This document shows positions 62,790 through 64,000 of a stretch of DNA of 64,000 nt, piece by piece; within the stretch, counting starts at the first letter, position 1; each line of letters starts with the position of its first letter. The position numbers and the translations under genes are program-made. Under the pieces are notes generated by a model, which saw only the letters and a program-made list of their open reading frames with translations, was not told the origin of the DNA and ran no database searches. Location: NCBI GenBank assembly GCA_015060865.1, contig SUXS01000012.1, positions 41,313 through 105,312 of the forward strand, in the 5' to 3' direction. Origin of the DNA: Bacteroidales bacterium (GTDB taxonomy: Bacteria; Bacteroidota; Bacteroidia; Bacteroidales; Bacteroidaceae).

Positions 62790-63899
62790 TTACAGTTCGC
62801 TCTCCTTCAGTCGCTCCGCATTCTCGGCCACCATGAGCTGGTCAATGCAGTCCTGTATGTCGCCATTCATGAAAGCGGCGAGGTTGTAGATGGTGTAGTT
62901 GATGCGGTGGTCGGTGATGCGTCCCTGCGGATAGTTGTAGGTGCGTATCTTGGCCGAGCGGTCACCGGTAGATACCATGGTCTTGCGCTTTGAGGCTATG
63001 TCGTCGATGTATTTCTGGTGTTCCTTATCATATATAAAGGTACGCAGGCGCGATAGGGCACGCTCCTTGTTCTTGGGTTGGTCGCGTGTCTCGGTACACT
63101 CGATGAGTATCTCCTCCACTTCACCTGTGTTGGGGTTCTTCCAGTTGTAGCGGAGGCGTACACCCGATTCCACCTTGTTCACGTTCTGTCCGCCGGCACC
63201 TGATGAACGGAAGGTATCCCACTTGATCTCACCCTCGTTGATTTCCACCTCGAAGGCTTCGGCTTGGGGCAAGCAGGCCACGGTGGCTGCCGAGGTGTGT
63301 ACACGGCCTTGGGTCTCGGTGGCAGGCACGCGCTGCACGCGGTGCACGCCCGACTCATATTTCAGTGTGCCGTATACCTTCTCTCCGCTCACGCTAAAGA
63401 TAATCTCCTTGTAGCCACCTGCAGTGCCTTCGTTGAAGCTCGATACCTCCATGCGCCAACCCTTCTGCTCGCAGTACTTGGTGTACATCTTGAAGAGGTC
63501 GCCGGCAAAGAGGGCAGCCTCGTCGCCGCCCGTTCCGCCACGTATCTCCATGATGACGTTCTTGTCGTCCTCGGGGTCGGCAGGTACGAGCAGCAGCTTT
63601 ATCTCCTCCTCGAGGGCGGGCAACTGCGTTTCGCAGGCATCAATCTCTTCGCGGGCCATCTCACGCATGTCGGCGTCGGTCTCAGTGGCGAAGAGTTCCT
63701 TGGCCTCTTCGAGCTGTCGGGTGAGCTGCATATATCGACTGCGGGCCTCCATAAGAGCCCCCAGTTCCTTGTATTCCTTGTTGAGTTTTACAAATCGGCG
63801 CATGTCGGCTATCACGGCAGGGTCGGTGATGAGGAGTTCTATCTCCTCGTATTTGCCCACCAGCCCATCGAGCCGCGCCATCAAATTATTTTCTGCCAT
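62790..63899 (-). CDS. prfA: peptide chain release factor 1
   Basis: PAT tripeptide (RVPATETQGR) and GGQ motif (SGAGGQNVNKV). Confidence 0.93.
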   Translation of the reverse strand: MAENNLMARLDGLVGKYEEIELLITDPAVIADMRRFVKLNKEYKELGALMEARSRYMQLTRQLEEAKELFATETDADMREMAREEIDACETQLPALEEEIKLLLVPADPEDDKNVIMEIRGGTGGDEAALFAGDLFKMYTKYCEQKGWRMEVSSFNEGTAGGYKEIIFSVSGEKVYGTLKYESGVHRVQRVPATETQGRVHTSAATVACLPQAEAFEVEINEGEIKWDTFRSSGAGGQNVNKVESGVRLRYNWKNPNTGEVEEILIECTETRDQPKNKERALSRLRTFIYDKEHQKYIDDIASKRKTMVSTGDRSAKIRTYNYPQGRITDHRINYTIYNLAAFMNGDIQDCIDQLMVAENAERLKESEL

Positions 63900-63937
63900 A
63901 ATCAACTATTTACTTTTACGAATCTGGGATTCTAATG

Positions 63938-63969
63938 CAAAGTTATAGCAAAAGCCTTGAAGAGCCAAA
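63938..63969 (-). promoter_or_regulatory. prfA promoter
   Basis: CAAAgtTA at 63938-63945 and CAAA at 63966-63969, 20-nt spacer. Confidence 0.55.
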
Positions 63970-64000
63970 TATCTTCTTGTTTTTCCGTCGCATGCAATGT

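Overview
Chromosomal window from a Bacteroidales (Prevotella/Bacteroides-like) genome. The taxon call rests on TTTG-N19-20-TAnnTTTG promoters, TonB-dependent receptors with carboxypeptidase-regulatory N-termini, a T9SS C-terminal sorting signal, BACON, GxxExxY, HU_HIG-like and DUF5683-like proteins. Most of the window is housekeeping and origin-proximal: pyrBI, folB, nrdJ, dnaA, relA/spoT-type RSH, mltD-like, parAB, valS, pyrF, prfA and one initiator tRNA-Met. About 28.7-47.5 kb looks accessory: ECF sigma module, BACON lipoprotein, RAYT-like HUH protein, TonB receptor, DUF389, small lipoproteins, XRE/membrane pair, GxxExxY, HU-like. It ends in a visibly AT-rich three-gene operon (42506-46160) of unassignable proteins whose last gene is nuclease-like. 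That operon sits next to a MntA/HepT toxin-antitoxin pair and is my top candidate for a new defence system. The second theme is a family of palindromic elements whose arms are 3-5 tandem copies of a 7- or 9-nt unit around a GCC(N)TCCGG core. They fill the parB-parA spacer, flank the GxxExxY gene, sit in the relA-mltD and prfA-pyrF spacers, and occur in frame inside valS. A related heptamer array lies in frame inside a GH2 gene. Two arrays of four palindromes with exact 22-bp phasing accompany the 9-mer elements. No CRISPR array, rRNA, integrase or classical IS was seen. All homology calls come from motif recognition by eye. No searches or composition calculations were run.
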